64,000 nt of DNA from an uncultured Fidelibacterota bacterium (GCA_913049685.1 CAJWZD010000002.1:2694-66693); one strand, 5' to 3'; positions 26,535-37,043 are shown, counted from the stretch's first letter. Made by a program: numbers and translations. The notes: generated by a model not told the origin, from the letters alone.

Positions 26535-29171
26535 ATGAAGCAACCTCAATTAGATTCGAAATATAATTGGGACAATCTTGAAAGTAGATGGTATAAATAT
26601 TGGCTTGAAAAAAAATACTTTCAAGCAGATGAGGATTCCTCTAAGGAGCCTTATACAATAGTTATTCCTCCGCCAAATGTGACTGGAAAATTGACAATGG
26701 GTCACGTTCTTAACAACACCATTCAAGATATTTTAATTAGAAAAGCGCGGATGGAGGGTAAAAATGCCTGCTGGATACCTGGAACCGATCATGCTTCCAT
26801 AGCCACAGAGTCCAAAGTAGAGGCAATGCTAAGTGAAAAAGGTATAAGCAAATCAATGCTATCTCGAGAAGAATTTTTAGAGCATGCTTGGGATTGGAAA
26901 GATAAGTATGGTGGAATTATAATTAAGCAACTAAAAACTCTTGGGTGCTCATGCGATTGGGATAGAGAACGTTTTACTATGGACCAAGACTATACAAATG
27001 CGATTATGCATGCATTTGTCGATCTTTATAAAGAAGGATTAATTTATAAAGGAAAGCGATTGGTGAATTGGTGTCCAGCTTCTAAATCTGCAATTAGCGA
27101 TGAAGAGGTGATTCACAAAGAAAAAAATGGAAAACTCTGGTATCTGCGTTATCCAATTTCAGGTGAAGATGGTTATGTAGTGGTTGCTACTACAAGACCA
27201 GAAACTATGCTTGGCGATTCAGCGGTTGCCATTAATCCAAAAGATAAACGCTACAAGCATTTAGCTGGAAAAAAGATCTCACTCCCTATAGTGAATCGTA
27301 AAATTCCAATCATATTCGATGATTTCGTAAATATTGACTTTGGTACGGGATGTGTAAAGGTTACTCCAGCGCATGATCCAAATGATTTTGATATGGGTAA
27401 TCGTCATAATTTAGAATTCATAAACATTATGAATGATGACGCATCGTTGAACCATAATGTTCCTGAAAAATATCAAAAACTAACTAGAGAGGATGCCAGA
27501 AAAACAATCGTCGAAGATATGTCCTCAAAAGATTTAATTGATAAAATAGAAGATTATGCAAATAGCGTTGGATATTCCGAAAGAGGTGGTGTGCCAATAG
27601 AGTACTACTTATCCGATCAGTGGTATATGAAAATGGATACACTTGCACAGCCAGCCTTAGAAGCTGTATCAAGCGGAAAAATTAAATTTCACCCTGAGCA
27701 CTGGGTTAAAACCTATAATCACTGGATGAAAAATATAAAAGACTGGTGCATAAGTCGTCAATTAGTTTGGGGCCATCAAATTCCAGTGTGGTATCATAAA
27801 GATGATGTTGAAAAAATACATGTATCAATTAAGGGTCCAGCTGATCCAGAAAATTGGAAAAGAGAAAAAGATGTATTAGATACTTGGGCCTCATCCTGGC
27901 TGTGGTCTTTTGCAGTCCACAGTTGGCCAGATAAAGATAAAAATCTCAAAACTTTTTATCCTACCAATACTTTAGTTACTGGTCCAGATATAATCTTTTT
28001 TTGGGTTGCCAGAATGATAATGGCCGGAACTAAATTCCTAAACGAGATTCCATTTAAAGATGTTTATTTCACCTCAATCCTGCGAGATAAAGATGGAAAA
28101 AAATTCAGTAAATCATTGGGTAATTCACCAGACCCATTTACTCTTTTTAAAGAATACGGAACCGATGCTGTTCGTTTTTCTACAATGCTAATGTCACCAC
28201 AGGGGTTAGATGTTCTTTTCTCAAATGAAAGACTCGAAATTGGCAGGAATTTTATGAATAAACTTTGGAATGCATCCCGATTTGTTCGAATGAATATTGA
28301 TGATACAGTTTTAAATAGCCTAGAAATCAATATCGATGAACTCGAGATTGAAGAGAAGTGGATTTTAAACCAGCTCAATAAAACCACAGATGACTTCAAT
28401 AAATATTTAGATGATTTTAAATTTAATGAAGCTGCGAAAATAATTTATGAGTTCACTTGGAATGATTATTGCGACTGGTTCATTGAGATTGCAAAAACAC
28501 GATTCTATGGTGATGATACTGAAAAAAGTAAAAAAGCCCAAATAGTTGCTGTAAAAACACTTAGAGGAATATTAACTCTATTGCACCCTTACGCTCCATT
28601 TATAACAGAAGAAATATGGTCCTACTTTCGCGGCGAAGACGATGTTGATCTAATTGTCGCCCCTTGGTTAAATATCAAAACGTATACTCCTGATCTCGAA
28701 GCGATTAAATCTTTTGACACATTAAAAGGAATAATATCATCAGTTAGAATGATTAGAAGTCAAATGAATATTCCACCAAATAAACATTCCAGCATTGTAA
28801 TCCGTAAGGCAGAAAAACTTCATTCTGTCATAAACAATTCAAAAGCAATTATTCAATCCTTAGCAAAAGTAGATAAAATCATTTTTTCAGATGATAACAA
28901 TAGACCTGATAAATCTGCGACAGTAATTACGAACAACATAGAGATTTTTATTCCTCTTGAAGGATTAATTGACTTTGAAGTTGAATCTTCAAGGCTTAAA
29001 AAGCGCTTAGGTGAATTGGAGAAGCATGTTTCAGCTTCAAAGAATAAATTATCAAACGATAATTTTATAAAAAAGGCTCCAGAAGAAGTAGTTGCTCATG
29101 AAAAACAAAAATTGGATGATATGATTGTTGAGTATAATTTAGTGGAGCAAAATTTAGATTTTTTAACATGA
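26535..29171 (+). CDS. valS: valine--tRNA ligase
   Basis: It has PPPNVTGKLTMGHV (HIGH-type), KFSKSLGN (KMSKS), a CP1 editing region and a C-terminal coiled coil, in 878 aa. Confidence 0.93.
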   Translation: MKQPQLDSKYNWDNLESRWYKYWLEKKYFQADEDSSKEPYTIVIPPPNVTGKLTMGHVLNNTIQDILIRKARMEGKNACWIPGTDHASIATESKVEAMLSEKGISKSMLSREEFLEHAWDWKDKYGGIIIKQLKTLGCSCDWDRERFTMDQDYTNAIMHAFVDLYKEGLIYKGKRLVNWCPASKSAISDEEVIHKEKNGKLWYLRYPISGEDGYVVVATTRPETMLGDSAVAINPKDKRYKHLAGKKISLPIVNRKIPIIFDDFVNIDFGTGCVKVTPAHDPNDFDMGNRHNLEFINIMNDDASLNHNVPEKYQKLTREDARKTIVEDMSSKDLIDKIEDYANSVGYSERGGVPIEYYLSDQWYMKMDTLAQPALEAVSSGKIKFHPEHWVKTYNHWMKNIKDWCISRQLVWGHQIPVWYHKDDVEKIHVSIKGPADPENWKREKDVLDTWASSWLWSFAVHSWPDKDKNLKTFYPTNTLVTGPDIIFFWVARMIMAGTKFLNEIPFKDVYFTSILRDKDGKKFSKSLGNSPDPFTLFKEYGTDAVRFSTMLMSPQGLDVLFSNERLEIGRNFMNKLWNASRFVRMNIDDTVLNSLEINIDELEIEEKWILNQLNKTTDDFNKYLDDFKFNEAAKIIYEFTWNDYCDWFIEIAKTRFYGDDTEKSKKAQIVAVKTLRGILTLLHPYAPFITEEIWSYFRGEDDVDLIVAPWLNIKTYTPDLEAIKSFDTLKGIISSVRMIRSQMNIPPNKHSSIVIRKAEKLHSVINNSKAIIQSLAKVDKIIFSDDNNRPDKSATVITNNIEIFIPLEGLIDFEVESSRLKKRLGELEKHVSASKNKLSNDNFIKKAPEEVVAHEKQKLDDMIVEYNLVEQNLDFLT

Positions 29172-30496
29172 AACAAATCATAGTAATATTTTTATCGCTA
29201 TCAGCTATTTATTCTCAATCTTTGTATGCTAATTTAACTATTTACAAAGATGGATACGCCTTAATAAAGCAGCCAGTTTTCTGGGAAGATGTAGATTCAG
29301 ATCAGAATGTAATTATTTGGGATGTTTTACCTAAAGGTGTCGTTTATAATTCACCATTCTTATCTTTAGAAAATGCAAACGTATTAATTCAAAGTTTTAA
29401 TAAAGATGTATTTCATTTTTCAGAGAGACTTTACGATTACCTAGGTACAAAGGTTGATATTAAATTAATCAATTCAAATGACATGAGTGGTACCTTAATT
29501 GAGGTAACAGATAAAATCCTAACAATACAGCGCAGAAGGTCGCTTATTTCATTCAACCGAGATAGAGTAGACTATATCAATGTGCCTTCAGCAGATAATG
29601 TTCAATTTAAACCAACACTAAAATGGACAATTCAGATCGACCAAGAAGCTGATACAATTGCTGGCGATCTAACTTACCTTGCATCTGGTTTTTCATGGAA
29701 TGCAAACTACAGATTTATTATTGATTCAGAAATTGATGAAGCACAGTTCATTGCTGAGGCAGCTATTAATAACGACTCAAATATTAATTTTGAAAATGCT
29801 GCATTAAGTTTGGTTGAAGGTAAGTTGAATATGAATGAAGGTGCAGGTAATTCCCCTAGATCAATAACTAATCAACCTGTTACTAACTCTCCCGAAACAT
29901 CAGAATTGGGAGATTACCATATTTTTAATATCGATACAGATATGAGCTTAATCCCCAAAGAAACAATTATTACCAGACTGTATCCATCTCGAAATGTTTC
30001 TTTTGTTAAAACATACATCTTTGAAAATGATGAAAAGAGTCAAAAAGATGAACCCCTGTCCGTTGAATACGATATTCCAAATACATCTGAAAACAACTTA
30101 GGAATTCCGCTGCCTAAAGGTGAAATTCAACTTTATCAGTTGCTAGAAAATGGCACTATTGAATTCATCGGTAAAGACGAGATTAGGCAAATCCCGCGAA
30201 ATGAAACGGCTAATATTTCTTCTGGTAAGGCATTCGATGTGCTTGGAACTCGCAAGATTCTTAATTACGACCGCCAACAAAAAAGCGAAGAAGCATCAAT
30301 AGCAATCCAAGTTAAGAATTCACAAATGGAATCTATAAGCGTTAGACTCACCGAGCATATCTATGGCGATTGGGTTATACGTAACGCATCTACAGACTAT
30401 AGAAAAGTTGATGCATCAACTATACATTTTATGATACCAGTACCTGGGGAAAGCTCGCGCACTGTAACTTACACTTATCGTAAGGAGTGGAAATAA
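29168..30496 (+). CDS. secreted DUF4139-like protein of unknown function
   Basis: It has the signal peptide MKQIIVIFLSLSAIYSQ and the block DLTYLASGFSWNANYRFI, which I associate with DUF4139. There is an ATGA overlap with the valS stop. Confidence 0.6.
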   Translation: MKQIIVIFLSLSAIYSQSLYANLTIYKDGYALIKQPVFWEDVDSDQNVIIWDVLPKGVVYNSPFLSLENANVLIQSFNKDVFHFSERLYDYLGTKVDIKLINSNDMSGTLIEVTDKILTIQRRRSLISFNRDRVDYINVPSADNVQFKPTLKWTIQIDQEADTIAGDLTYLASGFSWNANYRFIIDSEIDEAQFIAEAAINNDSNINFENAALSLVEGKLNMNEGAGNSPRSITNQPVTNSPETSELGDYHIFNIDTDMSLIPKETIITRLYPSRNVSFVKTYIFENDEKSQKDEPLSVEYDIPNTSENNLGIPLPKGEIQLYQLLENGTIEFIGKDEIRQIPRNETANISSGKAFDVLGTRKILNYDRQQKSEEASIAIQVKNSQMESISVRLTEHIYGDWVIRNASTDYRKVDASTIHFMIPVPGESSRTVTYTYRKEWK

Positions 30497-30503
30497 ATTT
30501 CTT

Positions 30504-32594
30504 GTGCCTGAAAAGGCTTTAGATCTATCTAGCCCTACAAGCGCAGTCAATGGTATTGGGCCTGCAAAATATAATGCTCTTTCCGATGCTGGTATTCATA
30601 CAATAAATGATTTAATAAATCATTATCCCAGAAAGTATTTGGACCGCACAAACATCACTCAAATTTCAAAAATTAAAAATAAGACTCAAGTTAATTTGGT
30701 GGGAAAAGTCGAAGCATCAGGGATGGTTAGGGGTAGAAATCGACAATTTTTTAAGGCCTTGTTAACAGATAAAAGCGGAACGGTTGCCTTAACTTGGTTT
30801 AGAGGTGCACGCTATATGAAACAAGCTATAAAAGCTGGAGATTATTTAGCAGTAAGCGGTAAGGCAGAATTTTATAACGGAATGCAAATAGTACATCCTG
30901 AATATGATAGATTAAATAAAGAAGATGATCCTTTAAATTCAGGCATTATTACCCCACTTTATTCTATTACAGGAGAATTAAAAAAAAGTAGGGTTGATAG
31001 CCGATTTCTTAGAAAAATGTTTGGCAGTCTGTTTAAAAATATAAATCAGATTCCAGATTTTTTTGGTAAAGATTTTTGTAAAAATCATAATTTAATTTCA
31101 CTTGATGAGGCGCTCAGGCAAATTCATTTTCCAGATAACAAGAAAAAGCTCAAGAAATCAATTAATAGATTAAAGTATAATGAGCATTTCTTTTTTCAGC
31201 TTTCAATGATTGCAAAAAGATCTATTTTCAAAAACCTCCCATCCAAATCGTTAAAAAAAACAGGAATTCAAACAAAGCTAATTTTCAATAAAATAGATTT
31301 TGAGTTAACTAAGGCTCAAAAAAAAGTTCTCAAGGAAATAAAAGATGACATCTCTCAACCTTTCGCAATGAATAGACTTTTGCAGGGTGATGTTGGATCA
31401 GGAAAAACAATTATCGCGGTGCTAGCCTCTGCAATTGCAGTTTCAAATGATATGCAGGTTGCGGTGATGGCCCCAACAGAGATTTTAGCTAAACAGCATT
31501 ATAAGTCTTTTAAAAAATTAGCAAATCATGCAAAAATGTCATGCGCACTATTAATTGGCGGAATGCCGGCGCGTGAGAGGAACAAAATACGTAGGGGTCT
31601 TGAAAAAAATAAAATAAATATTATTGTGGGCACACATGCATTATTTCAAAAGGATATTAATTTTAGCTCATTAGGGTTTGTTGTGATTGATGAGCAGCAC
31701 CGCTTTGGAGTCAATCAAAGAAATGCGCTTTTACAAAAAGGTTTTAATCCCCACTTGCTTTCAATGACAGCTACACCTATACCTAGAACTCTAGCAATAA
31801 CATATCATGGAGATATGGATTTGTCGATAATTGATGAGCTACCAAAGAATAGAATACCGATTACAACAAAGAAGGTAAAAGAGAACCGCCTTGAAAAAAT
31901 TTACTCTTTTATGATAGAAGAGGTAAAAGCAGGCAGGCAATGCATTATAGTTTATCCTCTAATTGAGGAGACGGAAAAATCTGACTTAGCAGCAGCAGTT
32001 GACATGTACGACTCATTAAAAAAACATATATTTAAGGAAATTAATGTTGGTTTGATTCATGGACGTCTTGAAAAAGATTTAAAAGATAAGATAATGAGTG
32101 ATTTTTTAAAAAATAAAATCAATATTATAATTTCAACTACTGTCATCGAAGTTGGAATCGACGTTCCAAATGCAACAGTAATGTTAATTGAGCATGCTGA
32201 GCGTTTTGGTCTTACTCAATTACATCAACTACGCGGGAGAGTAGGAAGAGGAAGCGAAAAAAGCTATTGCATACTCGTCCAGAGAAACTTTTCAGAAAAT
32301 TCAAATAAACGTTTGAATATTATGGAATCAACAAGCGATGGATTTTTGATTTCCGATGAAGATTTGAAAATGAGAGGTCCTGGTGAGTTTTTTGGTATAA
32401 AGCAAAGTGGATTTTTCAACTTTAAAATAGCAAATATCGTTCTGGACGGTGATTTAATTATCAAAGCAAGAAACGCAGCAGAACAAATATTTGATAGTGA
32501 TTTAAATATGTTAAGTTTGAAAAATAAAATAATTTATGAGAATCTAATGGAGCAGTATGGAAAAAGATTGCAGGGTTTAACACCAGCTAAATAA
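30504..32594 (+). CDS. recG: ATP-dependent DNA helicase RecG
   Basis: It has a GTG start, a wedge-domain N-terminus, Walker A GDVGSGKT, DEQHRFG, TATPIPRT and QLRGRVGRG. Confidence 0.92.
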   Translation: MPEKALDLSSPTSAVNGIGPAKYNALSDAGIHTINDLINHYPRKYLDRTNITQISKIKNKTQVNLVGKVEASGMVRGRNRQFFKALLTDKSGTVALTWFRGARYMKQAIKAGDYLAVSGKAEFYNGMQIVHPEYDRLNKEDDPLNSGIITPLYSITGELKKSRVDSRFLRKMFGSLFKNINQIPDFFGKDFCKNHNLISLDEALRQIHFPDNKKKLKKSINRLKYNEHFFFQLSMIAKRSIFKNLPSKSLKKTGIQTKLIFNKIDFELTKAQKKVLKEIKDDISQPFAMNRLLQGDVGSGKTIIAVLASAIAVSNDMQVAVMAPTEILAKQHYKSFKKLANHAKMSCALLIGGMPARERNKIRRGLEKNKINIIVGTHALFQKDINFSSLGFVVIDEQHRFGVNQRNALLQKGFNPHLLSMTATPIPRTLAITYHGDMDLSIIDELPKNRIPITTKKVKENRLEKIYSFMIEEVKAGRQCIIVYPLIEETEKSDLAAAVDMYDSLKKHIFKEINVGLIHGRLEKDLKDKIMSDFLKNKINIIISTTVIEVGIDVPNATVMLIEHAERFGLTQLHQLRGRVGRGSEKSYCILVQRNFSENSNKRLNIMESTSDGFLISDEDLKMRGPGEFFGIKQSGFFNFKIANIVLDGDLIIKARNAAEQIFDSDLNMLSLKNKIIYENLMEQYGKRLQGLTPAK

Positions 32595-32682
32595 TATAAA
32601 GTTCTCATCTTATTTCTTACATACGTATTTTAGCTCGTTATATTTTGAAACAATAATACACTTACATATTAAAAGGATAACT

Positions 32683-33069
32683 ATGTCTGAAGATCAACTA
32701 AAAAAAGAAGACCAACTTTTTATTCATTTGGTAAACACATTTGTTCAAAGCGCATGGATTTCACTTGGTAAAGTTAAAAACCCAGTTTCAGACGAGCTTG
32801 AGAGAAATGTAGAGCAAGCGTCGTACTATATAGACTTACTCGATATGCTTCAAACAAAAATGAAAGGCAACTTATCTGAATGGGAGGAGCAATATATCCT
32901 TCACAGTTTAAGCGAGCTTAAGCTGAATTACATTGACGAAAAGAAAAAAAAGACAGCAGCAGTTGATAGTGAAAAAAGTGAAGCTAGCGATAAGCCTAAC
33001 AAAAAAAAGGATGCAACTTCAAAAAGCAAACCTCCCTCAAAATCGGTGAAGAAGCCCAAGAAAAAATAA
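32683..33069 (+). CDS. DUF1844-like small protein with a lysine-rich C-terminal tail
   Basis: The core FIHLVNTFVQSAWISLGKVKNPVSDELERNVEQASYYIDLLDMLQTKMKGNL matches my memory of DUF1844. The tail is KKKKTAAVDSEKSEASDKPNKKKDATSKSKPPSKSVKKPKKK. Confidence 0.6.
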   Translation: MSEDQLKKEDQLFIHLVNTFVQSAWISLGKVKNPVSDELERNVEQASYYIDLLDMLQTKMKGNLSEWEEQYILHSLSELKLNYIDEKKKKTAAVDSEKSEASDKPNKKKDATSKSKPPSKSVKKPKKK

Positions 33070-33074
33070 GAACT

Positions 33075-35984
33075 ATGAATTCAAATAGTAGAAAATTGAA
33101 CCTATTTTTTGCACTCTTCTCTTTTTTAGTATCTTTTGTTGTCTATTTAATGACGATGGCAGATACAGTCCCTTACTGGGATTCTGGGGAATTTATTGCA
33201 ACGTCCTACATTCTTGGTGTTCCTCACCCTCCTGGTAGCCCATTATATCTTATAATTGGAAGAGTTTTTTCAATGCTACCTTTTAATCCAGATATAGCTT
33301 TTAGAGTAAACCTCATATCTCCTGTTGTGAGTGCGCTTGCAATAATGTTTTTATACCTATCTAGTGTTAAGCTAATAATGAGCTTCAGAGGAAAAATAAA
33401 ATCACAAATTGATTCAATTATAGTATTTGGTTCATCTTTAGTGGGATCGTTGACTTTTGCATTTACAGATTCACACTGGTTTAATGCAGTAGAGGCTGAA
33501 GTATATGGATTTTCAACATTTTTCACTGCTATTGTAGTTTGGCTGATTTTACATTGGTCTGAAAAGGCTGATGATAAAGGCAATGAACGCTATATTTTAA
33601 TTATCGCTTATATGATTGGACTAGCAACTGGAGTTCACTTATTAAATCTACTAGCTCTCCCGTTTTTAGCATTAATTATTTTTTTTAGGAAGTTCGATTT
33701 TTCGTACAAAGGTTTTGCAATTACGACTTTAGCAACCGGAGCAGTTTTCTATTTAATAAACTCTGGCATAATTAATGGAATGCCAAAAATTGTAGATAAA
33801 ATAGGATTACCAGCTTTAATGCTTATATATCTTATTATTTTTAGTTCTATGGTAGCAAGTATAGTGAAAAAAAAGTATTTATATGCGCTGGGACTTACAT
33901 CAACTGTTTTAATCCTTATAGGATACTCAAGCTATGCGATGATTTTCATCCGCTCTGATCAAAAACCTGCAATTAATGAAAATGATCCATCCACTGTTTC
34001 AAGAGCCATTGCCTACATGGAAAGAGAGCAATATGGTAGAATGTTTCAATTTCCAAGAAGATATACGGGGCTTCCCCCAAAGCATGAAGCAGTTGGCCGT
34101 CCTCAAAATGGTAGAGATTATACAAGCAGGCAAGAGAGATCGTACAAAACATATAGATTAGATAAACAGTGGAGTTACTTTTGGGATTATCAAGTTAAGA
34201 AGATGTACTGGAGATATTTTCTTTGGCAATTTGCTGGAAGAGGCCCAAGCACAGATTCTTACGTATCAGCGTATGGTGCTCGGCCAAACGAAGATGGTGT
34301 AGCCTGGTTTCAATTTGGCCTGCCTTTTGCGTTTCTTACAGGTCTCTGGGGAATGTTTTATCACTTTCAACAAGACAGAAAAAGAGCGTTTTCAATATTA
34401 AGCTTATTTTTAATGACCGGTCTAGCCATCATTATATTTGTTAATCAAGATAATCCCCAGCCACGAGAGAGAGATTATTCTTATGTAGGTAGTTTTTTTG
34501 CTTTTTCGATTTGGATAAGTATTGGCATTCAAGCACTTTTAGATTCATTAAAAAATTTTTTAGAGGAAAAGCCCTACCAGAAAAATGGACTGGTCTTATC
34601 ACTAGCTTTACTTACAATCTTAATGCCTGCAATGATGTTAAAGGCAAATTACCATGAGCACGATAGGTCCGATAATCGAATAGCCTGGGATTATAGCTAC
34701 AACATTCTTCAATCATGCGAGCCCAATGCGATCATATTTACAAATGGTGATAACGATACATTTCCGTTATGGTATTTACAGGAAGTTGAAGGGATCAGAA
34801 AAGATGTTACTGTAGCGAATCTAAGTTTACTAAATACAGAATGGTATATTCGACAGTTGCGCGATTCAAGACCGGGTGAATTCATCAAAATGGGTGACGA
34901 CCAAGTTCAAGATGTTGCCTCAGGTCTGAAAGAGTGGAAATCTCAAATCGTAAGGGTTCCTGCTCCAAAATCTCAAAAAAATACAAACGGATATATTGAA
35001 TGGAAAGTTAATCCAACATTTGCTGGTGCTGCCCTAATGGTTAAGGACCTTATGATTTTACAGATTATATTTTCCGCACAATGGAAGTATCCAATCTATT
35101 TTGCTGTAACAGTACCCCAGTCTAACCGTTTAAATCTTGAAGAGCATCTCGAGATGGAGGGTTTAGTATATCGCTTAAGACCTTATAAGGCGGCCGCAAA
35201 TAGCGCTATTAATGAAGAAAGGATGTGGACCAATTTGATGTCAGGTTTCGATTCAGAAATTTGGAACAAAGATATAGAGGCTAGAGAATGGAAACAGCTT
35301 GAAAATGAAATTTGGTTTAAGGATTACAAGCCAGGATATTTGTATCGCAATCTTGGTCGAGATGATATTTACTTTTTTCCGTCCACCAACATTCGACTCC
35401 TTCAAAATTTAAGAAGCGCATATATGCAATTAGCCGGTTACCATTATATGAAGTTCAGGGACAATGAATTAAGCAATCAGGATATTGCAAACTCTCATAA
35501 GGAAAAAGGACTTATGGTTTTAAATAGAATGCAGGATAATATTCCAGAGAAAACCATTCGATACGACTCTAAGGAGCTACACTATCAGCTTGCTAGACTT
35601 TACGGTGAACTTGGAAATGAGAGTGAACTTCAGAGAATTATGCAAATATTAATTGATCGAAAAGATTTGACAATTCAAGATAAGGTTGAATACGGACAGG
35701 TTTATTTAGCTCAACTTGACTCTCTTGAAAAAGGAAGAATTATTTTTGAAGAACTCTATAATGATTTCAAATCTGTTGAATCTGGCACAAGACCAACTTC
35801 TCAAAGAGAAGTTGAAGAGTGGAGAAATTATTTTGTTCAAATTGTCTCATCATTGATATTTGCATATAAAAACTTAGAAATGTACGATAGCGCACAAGCA
35901 GTTGTTAATGAATGGTTAAGTAAAAATCCTGATGACCCCGTTGCAAAAAAACTTTTAGATGATCTCAGAAAAAAAAAGAAATAA
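33075..35984 (+). CDS. DUF2723-type GT-C fold glycosyltransferase (PMT/TMTC-like) with a C-terminal TPR-like region
   Basis: It has about 11 or more TM segments in the first ~530 aa. The loop-1 acidic motif TVPYWDSGEFIA follows TM1. The C-terminal ~250 aa are helical-repeat (LARLYGELGNESELQRIMQIL..., YKNLEMYDSAQAVVNEWLSKNPDDP). Confidence 0.7.
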   Translation: MNSNSRKLNLFFALFSFLVSFVVYLMTMADTVPYWDSGEFIATSYILGVPHPPGSPLYLIIGRVFSMLPFNPDIAFRVNLISPVVSALAIMFLYLSSVKLIMSFRGKIKSQIDSIIVFGSSLVGSLTFAFTDSHWFNAVEAEVYGFSTFFTAIVVWLILHWSEKADDKGNERYILIIAYMIGLATGVHLLNLLALPFLALIIFFRKFDFSYKGFAITTLATGAVFYLINSGIINGMPKIVDKIGLPALMLIYLIIFSSMVASIVKKKYLYALGLTSTVLILIGYSSYAMIFIRSDQKPAINENDPSTVSRAIAYMEREQYGRMFQFPRRYTGLPPKHEAVGRPQNGRDYTSRQERSYKTYRLDKQWSYFWDYQVKKMYWRYFLWQFAGRGPSTDSYVSAYGARPNEDGVAWFQFGLPFAFLTGLWGMFYHFQQDRKRAFSILSLFLMTGLAIIIFVNQDNPQPRERDYSYVGSFFAFSIWISIGIQALLDSLKNFLEEKPYQKNGLVLSLALLTILMPAMMLKANYHEHDRSDNRIAWDYSYNILQSCEPNAIIFTNGDNDTFPLWYLQEVEGIRKDVTVANLSLLNTEWYIRQLRDSRPGEFIKMGDDQVQDVASGLKEWKSQIVRVPAPKSQKNTNGYIEWKVNPTFAGAALMVKDLMILQIIFSAQWKYPIYFAVTVPQSNRLNLEEHLEMEGLVYRLRPYKAAANSAINEERMWTNLMSGFDSEIWNKDIEAREWKQLENEIWFKDYKPGYLYRNLGRDDIYFFPSTNIRLLQNLRSAYMQLAGYHYMKFRDNELSNQDIANSHKEKGLMVLNRMQDNIPEKTIRYDSKELHYQLARLYGELGNESELQRIMQILIDRKDLTIQDKVEYGQVYLAQLDSLEKGRIIFEELYNDFKSVESGTRPTSQREVEEWRNYFVQIVSSLIFAYKNLEMYDSAQAVVNEWLSKNPDDPVAKKLLDDLRKKKK

Positions 35985-36005
35985 TCTTTCAAACAAGATT
36001 CGTTA

Positions 36006-37043
36006 ATGCCTATCTCTAAAGTATCCGTAATAATTCCTCATTGGAATGGTATTGATATTCTTGCGGATTGCTTAGAGTCTTTGAAAAAGAACACATACCC
36101 AAACATTGAAATAATTGTTGTTGATAATGCGTCTACTGATGGGAGCTCAGACTGGATATCGTCGCATTATCCAAACATAAAGCTTATCAAAAATAATAAA
36201 AATTATGGATATTCAGGTGGATGTAACATAGGGGCAGAAGCATCATCGGGTGAATATTTAACATTCCTAAATAACGATACGGTCCAAAATGAAGACTTCA
36301 TTGAACATCTTGCTGACTTTCTAAATCTAAATCCCCAAGTTTCAGCAGTTCAGCCAAAAATATTGAATTATTATGAACGAAACAAATTTGATTATGCAGG
36401 AGGCTGTGGGGGTTGGTTAGATATTTTGGGGTTTCCTTTTGCTAGAGGTAGACTTTTTTTAAATGTTGAATCAGACAACAGTCAATATGAGAAAATACGA
36501 CCTATTTTTTGGGCAAGTGGTACAGCATTAATGATTAGAAAAAGAGACTTTGATCTTCTTGGCGGTTTTGATGATGCATTTTTTGCACATCAAGAAGAAA
36601 TTGATTTGTGTTGGAAAATACATCTTGCTGGAAATCAGGTTTGGTCAATACCGAAAGCGGTAGTTTTCCATAGGAATGCGGTAACCCTGCCAATGTTTTC
36701 AAGGCTAAAACAGTACCTGAACCATCGAAATTCAATGCTAATGATTTTGTCAAATTTTAGCTTACCCATGACACTTTATTTAGCTCCAATCAGGGTAGCT
36801 CTTGAAATAGTTGCAATGTTTTATGCTCTATTTTGCTTAGATATCAATCATTTCATTGGAATTATTCAGTCTTTTGTATGGGTAATATTTCATCCTCATA
36901 TTATAATCAAAAGACGAATCAGAAATCGAAGAATTAGAAAAGTAAAAGATAGCAATGTCATTAAAAATATGTACTGGGGCAGTATTGTGTTTGATTATTA
37001 TATAAGAAGAATAAAAAAATCTTCTGAAATAATAACGGAATAG
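36006..37043 (+). CDS. family 2 glycosyltransferase (GT-A) with a C-terminal membrane segment
   Basis: It has VSVIIPHWNG, IIVVDNASTDGS, NYGYSGGCNIG, FLNNDT and QEEIDLCWK. Hydrophobic helices lie at aa ~245-300. Confidence 0.8.
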   Translation: MPISKVSVIIPHWNGIDILADCLESLKKNTYPNIEIIVVDNASTDGSSDWISSHYPNIKLIKNNKNYGYSGGCNIGAEASSGEYLTFLNNDTVQNEDFIEHLADFLNLNPQVSAVQPKILNYYERNKFDYAGGCGGWLDILGFPFARGRLFLNVESDNSQYEKIRPIFWASGTALMIRKRDFDLLGGFDDAFFAHQEEIDLCWKIHLAGNQVWSIPKAVVFHRNAVTLPMFSRLKQYLNHRNSMLMILSNFSLPMTLYLAPIRVALEIVAMFYALFCLDINHFIGIIQSFVWVIFHPHIIIKRRIRNRRIRKVKDSNVIKNMYWGSIVFDYYIRRIKKSSEIITE

